DNA of 39,726 bases, from positions 1 through 39,726 of the forward strand of contig CAJNYD010000490.1 of NCBI GenBank assembly GCA_905331295.1, written 5' to 3'. A program made the translations under genes and the position numbers. The stretch comes from Rotaria socialis (Eukaryota). Shown one piece after another: positions 1 to 10,673 of this stretch. Every line of letters begins with the position of its first letter. Positions within the stretch are counted from its first letter, which is position 1. A model generated the notes under the pieces. It was not told the origin of the DNA and searched no databases. It was given only the letters and a program-made list of their open reading frames with translations.

Positions 1-3000
1 TTATGCGTAGTGAGTGGTAATGAACATAAAATGTCAACAAAGAAATTAAAACTAGTAGATGAAACAACAGCAAAAAGTGAATTCAAATTGTTCATCAATG
101 AAAAAGAAGAAAATCATGAGCCATATATTGCATTTACATTCAAAGATGATTTATTAAAAGCAACACAATATACAATTCAAGTACCTACAGGTTGTCCATC
201 AGCCGAGGGACCACTGATGACAACATAAGAGTGGTCGGGTAGTTTCAATACTTGTGAACATTCAAAAATAATTGATTGGTTTCCAAAATACAAACGATGA
301 ATGGCGAAATACTGCTATTTCTGGTCGAAATTGGTCACTTATATTTAATAATTCTTTAGATCATTCAACAATTAAAAAATCCTTATTCAGATTCGAGCCA
401 GAAGTCAGTGGTCTAGGCGAGCATAGACGAGACTCGTTTCACAACATATTTTCTCATTAGTTTGTGTTAAAAATCAATCTTAAATAAAAAAAACTTCTTT
501 TAGGTATTGAACATACACAAGATAATGATCGAAAAATATTCATGGTAAACATTACAATATGATCATTCCGATCAACCAATTCAATTTAGTACAAAAAAAA
601 GATGGATATTGTCAATAAAAGAGATGTTTATGTTAGGTATGATCATAATGGATCATGTTCTATTAAATGAACCGTGCTACACATTTATAGTGTGTAACTA
701 TTCAGAATTAATACTTCGCATTAATCGAGTGAAACCAGAACATTATCGGGAAGATTTACTATATTTCAATCGACGTTATCGCAGCGATGAAGAACAAGAG
801 CAAGATAATAAATTACCTGATGAAGAATTATTAAATGAAATTATACAAACAAACTGTCAATTGAATGAACCAAGAGATATAAGAGTTCCTTTGAAGGCAT
901 ATTTTACGAAATCATCTGGAGTAGGCCAACTATTTATATTAATTGAATCAACCGAAAAGGCACGCGCTGAATTTTGAAATGAGCATTGGAATGATAGACC
1001 AACTATATCAATCTGGCTACAATGTACACGATTAGCAGTTGATGTGTTTCCTCTTCAGGTAATTGTATTTTGAAAGAATAATAGAAATTACCAGACATGC
1101 ATATCCATTCTAATGATTAAAACCATTTACTGAATATCGTTTCGAGCTGAAGCAGCACTATACCTGCTAAACTGGTGTTGCTTCAATTCTAATTCGATTG
1201 GGCTGTGCCTCCTTTTTCATAAGATACGCCATCTCAAGCTCTAAGAAACTGGATATTTCGATCTGAAATTAATTATACACTTGACGTTTCATATAATGAA
1301 AAGTAAAGATCTCCATAAGATAGTACCATATGAGATACGTCGATCTGTTTCTATTCAATTAAGAAGTATAGCGAGGAATAATCAAAACATTCAAAAGGTA
1401 CAACTAATTGTTTGCATCGAATACATTCGATGAAACTCGATATCTCTGAAAGAAATGTTCGCAGAATATTAAAAATGATATTGCTAAAATGCTGAGAAGA
1501 TTATTTATTCTCCAACGTCCATTATTTCTCGTAGATTAAGTAAAACAAGGATGAAAATAACAGCATCTATATCATGTTTAACGCTTTAGTCTTGCATAAA
1601 TTACACTAACAACTGTTTATTCTAGATCCGAATTGTACATTAACTACATGGGCTACTGATCTAATGACTGGTGCACCTATCAATCAAGCAACTGTTTCAA
1701 TATTGAATCAGAAAAAAGAAACAGATCAACAAGGATTATGTACCGTTAAAAGATATAGACTAGGAAATGTTCCAGAAACAAAAGAAGACACAAAAATGAA
1801 ATATTAGTCGTAGAAAAAGGTGACGATCTATGTATGCGCGTAAATATTCATTCTTATAGATCAACTGATGACGCTTACATTTGGTATGTATTCAATGATC
1901 GTGGTTTATATAGACCAAAGGAAGAAGTGCATATAAAAGGTTATGCTCGATTAATGAAAATAGAAGGTGAAGAAAAAAATTCCTACTTATGCTTAAGGTG
2001 TAATTGATTATATAATCTATGGTTCTTACAGTGAACAACTTCAACAGTCAAAAGTAGAATTGAATAATTATGGAGCATTTGATATCCATTTTACATTACC
2101 TGACAATGTTAACTTAGGTAAAGTTGAATGTCCTTGCAAAACTTGTTCAGAAAAGCCTCATAGCTTTTGTTTTAAGTGTGGTTGTAGGTGTAGGCTTGGG
2201 TGATTGCTGCTGCCAATGTTTATGTATTCCCTTAGCTCACACCAACACCTACATCCTGATAGATCAAAGAAGAATTAATTGATTTTGAGTTCCCATTATT
2301 TTTAGGTAACGGATACGCCAGATTCACTTTACTCGATTCAAACAGTAATACAAAACATTATTTTCAAATTCAAGAGTTTCGAAACCGGAGTATGTAGTCT
2401 CATCAATGATTCAATCACCGCTAGCATATTATTGCTATCCAACTGTTGACCAATACTCTATAGCTGGCTGTGAAGGAAAACTATTTGTTGGTGGTTGTTT
2501 AAATGGTGCATATGTCCGATGGACAGTACAAGCTGCAACAACAATATTTACACCAGCTAATCAATACGGCTATATGTTTGGCAGAGCTCGATCGTTCTGT
2601 TACTATTCTAGATATGATAGAAAAACCAAAATATTATATCCAAAAAAGTACTTTCAGGGTAAAACAAATAGTAAAAGCTAACATGAAATAAAAATTACTT
2701 ATCATGGTATTGAGCAAGAACCAAAACCAATCATTGTTCATACATTAGCAACCATTACTGATCTGAATTATCAAGCACAAGAAACAAAAGCAAATTTTCT
2801 CATACATCCATGTGCATATTATGTTGGATTTCAATTCGTATAGAATTATGGAAAGAAAGATGAACCTGTACAAACAAAAGTCATCGTAACAGATATTGAT
2901 GGAAATTTAATTGATAATATTTTGGTTCGATGCGACGTCATTGGATATGGTAGCGAAATAAAAGAAGATCAAAATGGTTTAACAATATTTGAAGAAATAA

Positions 3001-3072
3001 AAGATGAACAAACATTAACAATAGTTAGTTCAAATAAAGGCGCGGTTAATATTGCTTATACACCAAAATTAG
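1..3072 (+). pseudogene. Bacterial-type alpha-2-macroglobulin (Ig-like + MG domains), intron-containing, disrupted; begins before the window and is truncated at the 3' end
   Basis: Manual translation gives VFNDRGLYRPKEEVHIKGYAR (~1888-1950), ELNNYGAFDIHFTLPDNVNLG, FQIQEFR/KPEYVVS and LIHPCAYYVGF. These match the DRxxYRPGExV, FxVEEYRKPEF and VHPAxxYVG motifs of bacterial alpha-2-macroglobulins. Probable GT-AG introns at ~1059-1625 and ~2118-2305. In-frame stops (226-228, and a TAG after YYVGFQFV at ~2840) and frameshifts (A-run ~1975, ~2380). Confidence 0.8.
1296..1490 (+). mobile_element. Highly degenerate Tc1/mariner-type transposase N-terminal (HTH) remnant inside the A2M intron
   Basis: Fragments in order: MKSKDLHKIV (ATG 1296), NIQKV, KLDISERNVRRILK. 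They resemble the HTH region of Tc1/mariner transposases. No continuous ORF. Confidence 0.45.
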
Positions 3073-4720
3073 TTAAAGGTTTAAATTTTTAAGAAGAAAA
3101 AATCAAGTTACCGATCATCAGAATAAGATTTTGTGCAATAAAGCCTTTTGATTCAGCTCGAAAGTGGTACTTTAATGAATGTTTCTGAACTCGATGAAAA
3201 CAGAAAGGACAAGTAATGAATGCATAGTTTTAATTCGAGAACTTTAGAGAAATTTTTACCATCATTTTCATATGAGTACCCATGTAAAACTAAGCAATCC
3301 TATTTCATGTTGTTAATATGTAAACATTCGATTATCCTCATCGATTAGTCCATTTGTAAATTCTTTGAGTGTGTAAGTTCATAATGGAGATCTCCATGAG
3401 ATTCATCATCAAGCCATGCTCTTTAAAAAGTTATTGATGAAAGACTGAGATATGATTTCGACGAATTCACACCAAACCACCTTAAGTCATTACAGACCTT
3501 GTAGAAGGTTAGAGGGAACTCATATATCTCGGACATGATATTTACATCTGTACTATAATATCGATAAAATATTGCAAGTATGTTATGTCGATGAATGTTA
3601 CTTGTTAATAAAACAAATTTCGCGTTAGTCACTTAATCACTAAATATTAAGTGTTAATGCAGTCTTTTATTTCTAAAATTAAGTGATTAAGTGGTTGACA
3701 TGAAGAGTATTCAATTTAATTTTGATTTAATATCTGACAGTTTCAGTTCAACAGCGAGCGAGAATTTCATGGAGAACTCTTTTCATAGTGCTTTTTATAG
3801 CTTTCTAAGGAAGTTTTCTGAAATTTTATAACAAACATGAAGAAGAGTTCCTGAGAATGTTTTAAATGTATGCATATAGCAATGTGAATACCAATAGTGT
3901 TGTAGATCTCACATCCTTCATTGTAGGTATTTACCTATTGAGACAAGTGAGCAGCTCCTCTTCTATTATTCCCACAATGTATAGAAATCTGCAAGCTAAA
4001 TGTTTTTGTTTGTAATCGTTTCTTCTAAATACCTTCTCTCACAAGCAGACAAAATAGAATAAATTCGGTATGCACTTTCGTTTTTTTAACCTTTTAATTT
4101 CAGTTGAATCTCAGAAGCAAAGTTATAGATAAACTGTTTGGCTTATCTTTATTGATCTCTTTACTCAACAATGAGTGACAATAAAAAGTCAGTTTTCGTG
4201 CAATAAAAGTAAATGTAATAAAAACTTCTAGTACTTGAAAAAAGAGATGAAATAAAGAAAAGAAGCTTTTTCTAACGAAAAAGAAGTACTTTGTTTTGAA
4301 GAGATGGCTGAAAATATTTTCTTTTGACATTTTCATTTTTCAATAACCGCGAATGTTCGGATAGGTAGGCGAAAACGTGGACTTATTTGTGGGTACATAT
4401 CTATAGCGTGGTGATTCAGATCTTAGTGTGGGTATGGGATGGATATGGGTAAGTTGCTGAATCGGGTGTGAGTAGAGATGTGTCGTTGGATCTCAAGTTC
4501 AAATACGTTCACACCCAAGGGGGGAAAAGCGGATCCTGATGGAATCTGTTGCTTCCAATAAAGGGCATTAGATTGCACAATAGATTGACTCTAGTGTACG
4601 GAAATCTATGAGAAGCTACTTCAATCTACTAAATACGTCGGAGTCTGCCACAATGCACCAAAAACTGACTCGCTTTACAGCAATCTTCAAACAACGTAAA
4701 AATGGATCCTGCTGGATTAG

Positions 4721-6650
4721 GGGTGTGCAGCTCACGGTCATGAGTGCTGATAAGCGTGAGCGTTTCTTCTCCAAATAGAATATGCAAGAAATCAGTATTA
4801 ATGAACCCACTTTAGCTATATTCATATAAAAATCCATTATAGTATTTCATACAGTTTCTTATCTGATATATTCAATCGATGCATCTAAATACTTGTTACT
4901 CGATGAATTGACAATAAGCGTTCGAATAGGCTCATTTAAGTTTGGAAAATCATAGTTTTCCGCATATTTGTTTCTTAAACTCGTTCATTTTACCACCGCA
5001 AATTACCAAGGAACAAAGCTAGGATCTTATTATATATGTCTAGTAAGGGTAGCACGTTACTATTACCGGTAATAAGTAATAACTGTTATTTCGAATTAAT
5101 AATACTAACTAAAAGCCAGGAAAATTAATAAAGTAATAAGGAAGAAATAAAGTAATAAAGAACTTGATGGTGGAATTATTTCTATTTATCGATATATTTC
5201 TATTTTCTCATCACTAGGACTACAACAGCTCTCAGATGGTAGTTCAGATCAAATGAACGAAAAAACTACTGAAACAGTTCTATTCATTGATTTGTCCGTA
5301 ATCGCTAGATTACTTGCATTCAATCACTAGTATTATTTGGGCCGTAATAAGGGTAACCCCTTCGAGCCCTCAGGTCCTATCTAGATGTGATTCCTGTGAC
5401 TTTTACATCCTATCTGGAGGTGGTCCCGTAAATTTTGTGGATTTACACTGGAATGGTTTCTTTAGCCATTTGCGATCTATTTAAGGGTTGCCCTTATGAA
5501 TTTTTCGGGTCCGCTAAGGATAGTACTTCAAGTTTGAAGATATCACTGCTGGACAGAGTGACACGTTAAAGGGACGATGCTCATATTGGGTTTGAAAAAG
5601 TTATAGAAACTACCAATAGTTACGAATAGGGTTATGCCCAGACCGAGACTTTCCATCTCCATCTCAGTCGTCGTGGTCGAGGTTTTGATCTCGCTCTCTC
5701 CCTCTTGTTCGCGGTTAGCCTCGGCTTCAGTATTAATGAGTGTTGGTCTCGGTTCATCCCTAGTTACGACTGAATAAGTTATAAGAATTCCCTCCCACAT
5801 TGCGCAAAAGGATACAAGGGATGCCACTATATATGTACTAAAATGTTGCACAGATCAGCCCTACTCAGTCAGACCAGTAACGAAAAAAATCGACATTTTT
5901 ATGCGTTAAAAGCACACATTTTAACGCGTTAAAAAAATACTGTTTTGTGAGAAAAAAAATGAATCAATGCATGTGAATGCTTTTAAACTGGTTTTTAGTC
6001 AAAATAAAATTTTTTAAAACGCGTTAGAATGTGAGCTTTTTACACAAAAAAACGTCGACTTTTTTCGTTACTTGTCTGACTGGGTAGGAAGTTCTCGCAT
6101 AGTTCTAATTACCATCCTGGGGTAGGGCCAGAAAGGAACAGAATCACCCATTGATAGTTTTTTGAAAGTTCTAGGTATCATCTGTAAGTAGATCCAAAAT
6201 AGCTAAAGGGACCAACCATGGGTAGGTACTAAAACTTCTGACTACTCCTTCTGACTGAGTCCTTAGAATTTCTAAGTACCACCATTAGCCAGGCTCAAAA
6301 CACTTCTAAGTATTACCGTTATGTGATTCTTAAAAGGTTCTGAGTATCACCTATAGGTAGGCTCCTAATAGCCATAGGGATCAGTTTTGGTCTGATCGTA
6401 GAAGCTTCTAATACGATCTCCCGGTAGGTTACAAGTAGCAATACGAAATCCTCCTGGATAGATACGAAAAAATTCTAAGTGATATCTTTGGGTCGGTATT
6501 TATTACGGTAATAATTATTACACGTTATTACTTATCAGTTGTTGCTTTAATTAGTTTCCATTTTTTGAACTTTACTACTCTTAATAAATAATAAAAGTAA
6601 TAATAATTAGGGATACACCGCTTACACTCATGAGCGTAAGCTGTACACTC
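4721..6650. mobile_element. Second TIR element nested in the 4517-6846 element
   Basis: GGGTGTGCAGCTCACGGTCATGAGTG (4721-4746) matches the reverse complement of CACTCATGAGCGTAAGCTGTACACTC (6625-6650) at 22/26 positions. Confidence 0.7.
5864..6084. mobile_element. 221-bp fold-back MITE with TA target duplication (innermost nested element)
   Basis: ta|CTCAGTCAGACCAGTAACGAAAAAAATCGAC ... GTCGACTTTTTTCGTTACTTGTCTGACTGGG|ta. Inverted similarity continues inward (AAAAGCACACATTTTAACGCGTT vs AACGCGTTAGAATGTGAGCTTTT). Confidence 0.85.
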
Positions 6651-7036
6651 GGATGTTGCATCGTACTTGATTTTTAAGTATCGAAAAATTCATTGGAACC
6701 TAGCAGAATTCATGGGAATTGACTAACTTGTCAATCTTCTTAGTTCACTCATGCTTCCTACTCGAAAATCCTACGACCAATTCGTCTCTTTTCCGATCAG
6801 AATTTTTGGATCCTATTGGATCCTGATGGATCCGCTTTTTCCCCTTTGCTCACACCCTACTCTGGGGCTACTCGTATTCCATTCAATAAAATCTGACACT
6901 TTTCTCATATATGAGTGTTCACAGATGAAAAGTGTTAGCCGATTAACTGCATTTTCAGAAATCATGAGTGCTATTCATCAATACTAACTATTTTACAAAC
7001 GTCCTCGGCAGCTTCTTGCGATACACGTCATACCTT

Positions 7037-7086
7037 GAGAGAGTGTGTGCGTGTGCGTATGCGTATGCGTGTGTGTGTGTGTGTAT
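7037..7086. repeat. Compound (GA)n/(GT)n/(GCGTAT)n microsatellite ~150 bp upstream of the Hsp70 start
   Basis: gagagagtgtgtgcgtgtgcgtatgcgtatgcgtgtgtgtgtgtgtat read directly. Confidence 0.9.
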
Positions 7087-7236
7087 GACTCTTATCTTCA
7101 TTTACACCTCATATCATGCCTTCAATATCAGTTAGAGATTTAGATCTAATCTACAACAATTTCATACGCGTAATAAAAGTTCCAAGCATATAATATATTT
7201 AGGAAAGAAGTTGAATTCTCATGACAATCATTTGCA

Positions 7237-10200
7237 ATGCGAATAGGAATAGGCATTGATTTGGGCACATCGTATTCTTGTGTCGGTGTGTTTCGACATG
7301 GAAAAGTTGAAATCATTCCTAATGAAGAAGGAAATCGTATAACACCATCGTATGTTGCATTCACTGACGAGGAAATATTAATTGGTGATGCTGCTAAAAA
7401 TCAAGTAGGTATGAATCCATATAACACTGTGTTCAACACTCAACGTCTTATTGGACGTAAATACAGTGATGAAACAGTTCAAGGTGATATGAAGAATTGG
7501 CCATTTAAAGTAATTAATGAAGTTGGAAAACCTAAAATCCAAGTTCAATATAAACATGAAACAAAAGTTTTTACACCTGAAGAAATTTCTTCATTGATTT
7601 TAGCAAAAATGAAAGAAATAGCTGAAACTTATCTTGGTCAAGAAGTAACCGGAGCTATTATAGCGGTTCCAGCTTATTTTAACGATGCACAACGTCAGGC
7701 AACAAAAGATGCTGCTACTATTGCTGGTCTTATTGCTTTACGTATAACAAATGCGCCAACCTTAGCTGCTATTGGTTATGGTGTCAACAAAAAACTATCA
7801 AGTGAACGAAGTGTTTTAATTTTTGATTTAGGTGGTGGTACCTTTAATGTTTCAATTCTAACAATTGAGGAAGGAATTTATGAAGTTAAATCAACAGCTG
7901 GTAGCGGAAAATCTTTGTTTCCCTATTGAATTTTCGGACATTTGATTTTAGGTGATACGCATTTGGGTGGTGAAGATTTTGATGATAGAATGGTTCAACA
8001 TTTCATTCAAGAATTTAAAATAAAACATGGCCAAGATTTAAATGAAAATAAACCTGCTGTTAGACGATTGCGTACTTCTTGTGAATGTGCTAAAGTATAA
8101 GAATTATTTCGTATCTTACTAGAAAAAACAAAATGAACGTACTTTCTAGCGTACATTATCAACATCAAGACAAGCGTCTATTGAAATCGATTCATTACAT
8201 CAAGGTATTGATTTTTATTCCACCATAACGCGTGAACGTTTCGAAGAAATCAATACTGATCTATTCTGCTCAACACTGAAACCTGTTGAAAAAGCTTTGC
8301 GTGATGCTAAAATGGATAAAGCATCAATCCACGAAATAATTTTTGTTGGAGGCTCAACACGTATTGAAAAAGTACAAAAACTTGTGCAAAATTTCTTTGA
8401 TGGTAAAGAACTTAATAAGTCAATTAATCCAGATGAAGCTGTTACATATGGTGCTGCTATTCAAGCTGCTATCCTTACTAATGATAAATCTGAAATGATT
8501 CCACATGTACTTTGGTTTGATGTCGCACCGATTTCATTGGTAAGTTCATTCGAAACAATAACCAAGAGTTCTCGAGTAAAATGTTTCTTTAAAGGGTATT
8601 GAAACTGCTGGTGGTGTTATGACAGCATTAATTAAACGTAATACAATAATTCCAACAAAAATATCCCAAGAATTCACAACATCTATAGATAATCAATCGG
8701 CTATATCAATTGCAGTTTATGAAGGTGAACGCTCAATGGGAAGAGATAATCATTTATTAGGAGAATTCGAATTATCAAATATTCCAGCAGCACCCCATGG
8801 TGTACCACAAATTGAAGTTATATTTGACATTGATGCAAATAGTATATTAAATGTATCAGTTATGGATAAAAGTTCAGGAAAAGAAAAGAAAATTACAATT
8901 ACAAATGATAAAGAACGTTTATCAAGAGATCAAATTGAACGTATGATTTCTGATGCTGAAAAATATAAAAAAGATAATGAAATACGATGTGAACGTATTA
9001 CTGCTAAGAATTCACTTGAATCTTATTGTTTTGATATGAAAACAAACATTATTGACAACAAAATGACAAGTAAGTTTGGTGATTATAACAAGAGGAAAAT
9101 GCTTGATGCCATCGAAGACATGTTGGAATGGTTGAAAGCAAATCAAGTAAGAACTATTTTATTTATTTTTTCTGTAAATTTTTTTCTTGAAGCTTGCTGC
9201 AAAGGAACAATTGGAAGCAAAATTAAAAGAAATTGAACAAATATGTACATTGATGTCGGCGAAATTCCGTTTAGATGAACATGATGCTGAAGAAAATTCA
9301 GAACGATCTGCCAGTCATGCAATGGGTATGACCAGTTCTGAAGCTCTTTGCTTCATTATAAAGAGTAGTGAAAGATGTGTAGGTTTTTCTTCCCATAGCA
9401 TATCTTGTTTTGAAATTTTTAAGGTAGACAGATCTTACCTACTAGTGGAGATATACGGAATGCAAAGGTCTAACGTAAGGGCTTTTATTATTTTGCAGTT
9501 TTTCATAATTTGGTAGGATCTGCATACTTTAACAAATTCAAACTGAAAAGTCATTCGGCAGTAAAAACTATTCGCTCATAAGAAACAGTGCGAGCCAGAT
9601 AAAAATATCACAAGCAAGAAAATCATTTGATAACTAATATGAATCATGCAAATATAGAAGACTCAACGTTTTTCGTTACAATTACCGTTTCTAAAACAAT
9701 TCGTGTTTTAGCCAAAATTATGTGCTCCAACGATCATACAGTGGAGGCTGAACTATGGTGCATGAATTGTGAACAAAGCTACTGTTCAAAATGTTTTGAA
9801 CAAGTGCATGAGTTGCCTGCTTTAAAGAAGAAAAATCATGAATCAATACCAATACATCATAAACCATTAGGGTTTGTTCAGTGTGAAGAACATCATCGCC
9901 AAAAGCTTGAATTTCGGTGTAATAACTGTCAGAAACTTGTTTGCAATAGATGCGTAATTCTTAAGCATAGAGATAGTAGTCTTCATGAAATCGTGGAAAT
10001 AGACGATGTAGCATTACATAAAACACATTTGGTTAGCATAAAATTGTTTTTTTAACTAATGCTGTAAGAAATGCTTCTCATTTCAATTTAGTTAGAAACT
10101 TTATGTAAAAACATTCAATCATCTCTAAACGAATGTGCAAAACCGTCTACTGACAATTCAGAAGATAGTATACAAACGGTTACAAGAACCTTTGAGTCCA

Positions 10201-10556
10201 TTCATACAATGATAACCAATCGCGAAAAGGAATTCGTACGGGAAATACTTGAAATTCAAATAAAAACCAAGAAATTAGATGATCAACGCACGATTGAAAT
10301 GGCTAACATACAAGAATTATTAAACAAGCATTGCAAAGAACTTAAAGATATGACGTCAAAAAATGACCCCACGATACTCTTAAAAGTACATGAAGAACTA
10401 ACACAACATTTAACAAAACTTATGGAGAGAATAAAAGGAGTGAAGGTCCCGATTCAAACTAGATATCAAATTAAAGGAATCGACGAGCTAGAAGAAAAAA
10501 TCAGCAATGTCTTTCAAACAATTCGTGCTATTGCACAGGATGACGGTATATCCTGA
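7237..10556 (+). CDS. hsp70: Hsp70-family protein fused C-terminally to B-box 1, B-box 2 and a coiled coil (RING-less TRIM-like); predicted 888 aa, 7 exons
   Basis: Exons 7237-7900, 7952-8094, 8150-8539, 8595-9146, 9193-9325, 9712-10031, 10092-10556. All six introns are GT..AG, phases join in frame (2667 nt), and no internal stop was found. Hsp70 motifs [59 protein letters not shown]-boxes CSNDH..WCMNC..YCSKC..VH..NH and CEEH..RCNNC..VCNRC..KH..LH. Confidence is ~0.95 for the Hsp70 part and lower for the exon 5-6 junction. A further 3' exon after a possible donor at 10546 cannot be excluded. Confidence 0.8.
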
Positions 10557-10673
10557 CATTAAAACTTATATATTAACAAAATATTTGACTTTTGAGATAT
10601 TTTATGTATGCTTATCAGGCTTATACTAGAATTCTGTATACTTTAATCAAAGAAAATTCCATATTTCAATAGC

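Larger units (their letters stand above)
4517..6846. mobile_element. Non-autonomous TIR element (outer layer of a nested MITE stack)
   Basis: AAGGGGGGAAAAGCGGATCC (4517-4536) is the inverted repeat of GGATCCGCTTTTTCCCCTT (6828-6846). GGATCC subrepeats at both ends. Near-direct flanking repeat GTTCACACCC (4507-4516) / GCTCACACCC (6848-6857). Confidence 0.7.

Noticed and set aside
5543..5851. 102-aa minus-strand ORF with two hydrophobic stretches
   Set aside because: Lies inside the nested MITE stack, starts at GTG, is built on CTCGG/CCGAG-type low-complexity repeats, and matches no family I recognise.
7090..7236. Heat-shock element upstream of hsp70
   Set aside because: No array of nGAAnnTTCn units is visible, only an isolated GAATTC and a TATA-like run.
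7146..7364. Antisense ORF to hsp70
   Set aside because: Typical shadow frame of Hsp70 coding sequence, with no independent evidence.
9326..9516. Read-through C-terminus of Hsp70 ([10 protein letters not shown]...FFIIW)
   Set aside because: Not Hsp70-like, begins exactly at a good splice donor, and is better explained as intron. It remains the alternative if the fusion is not spliced.
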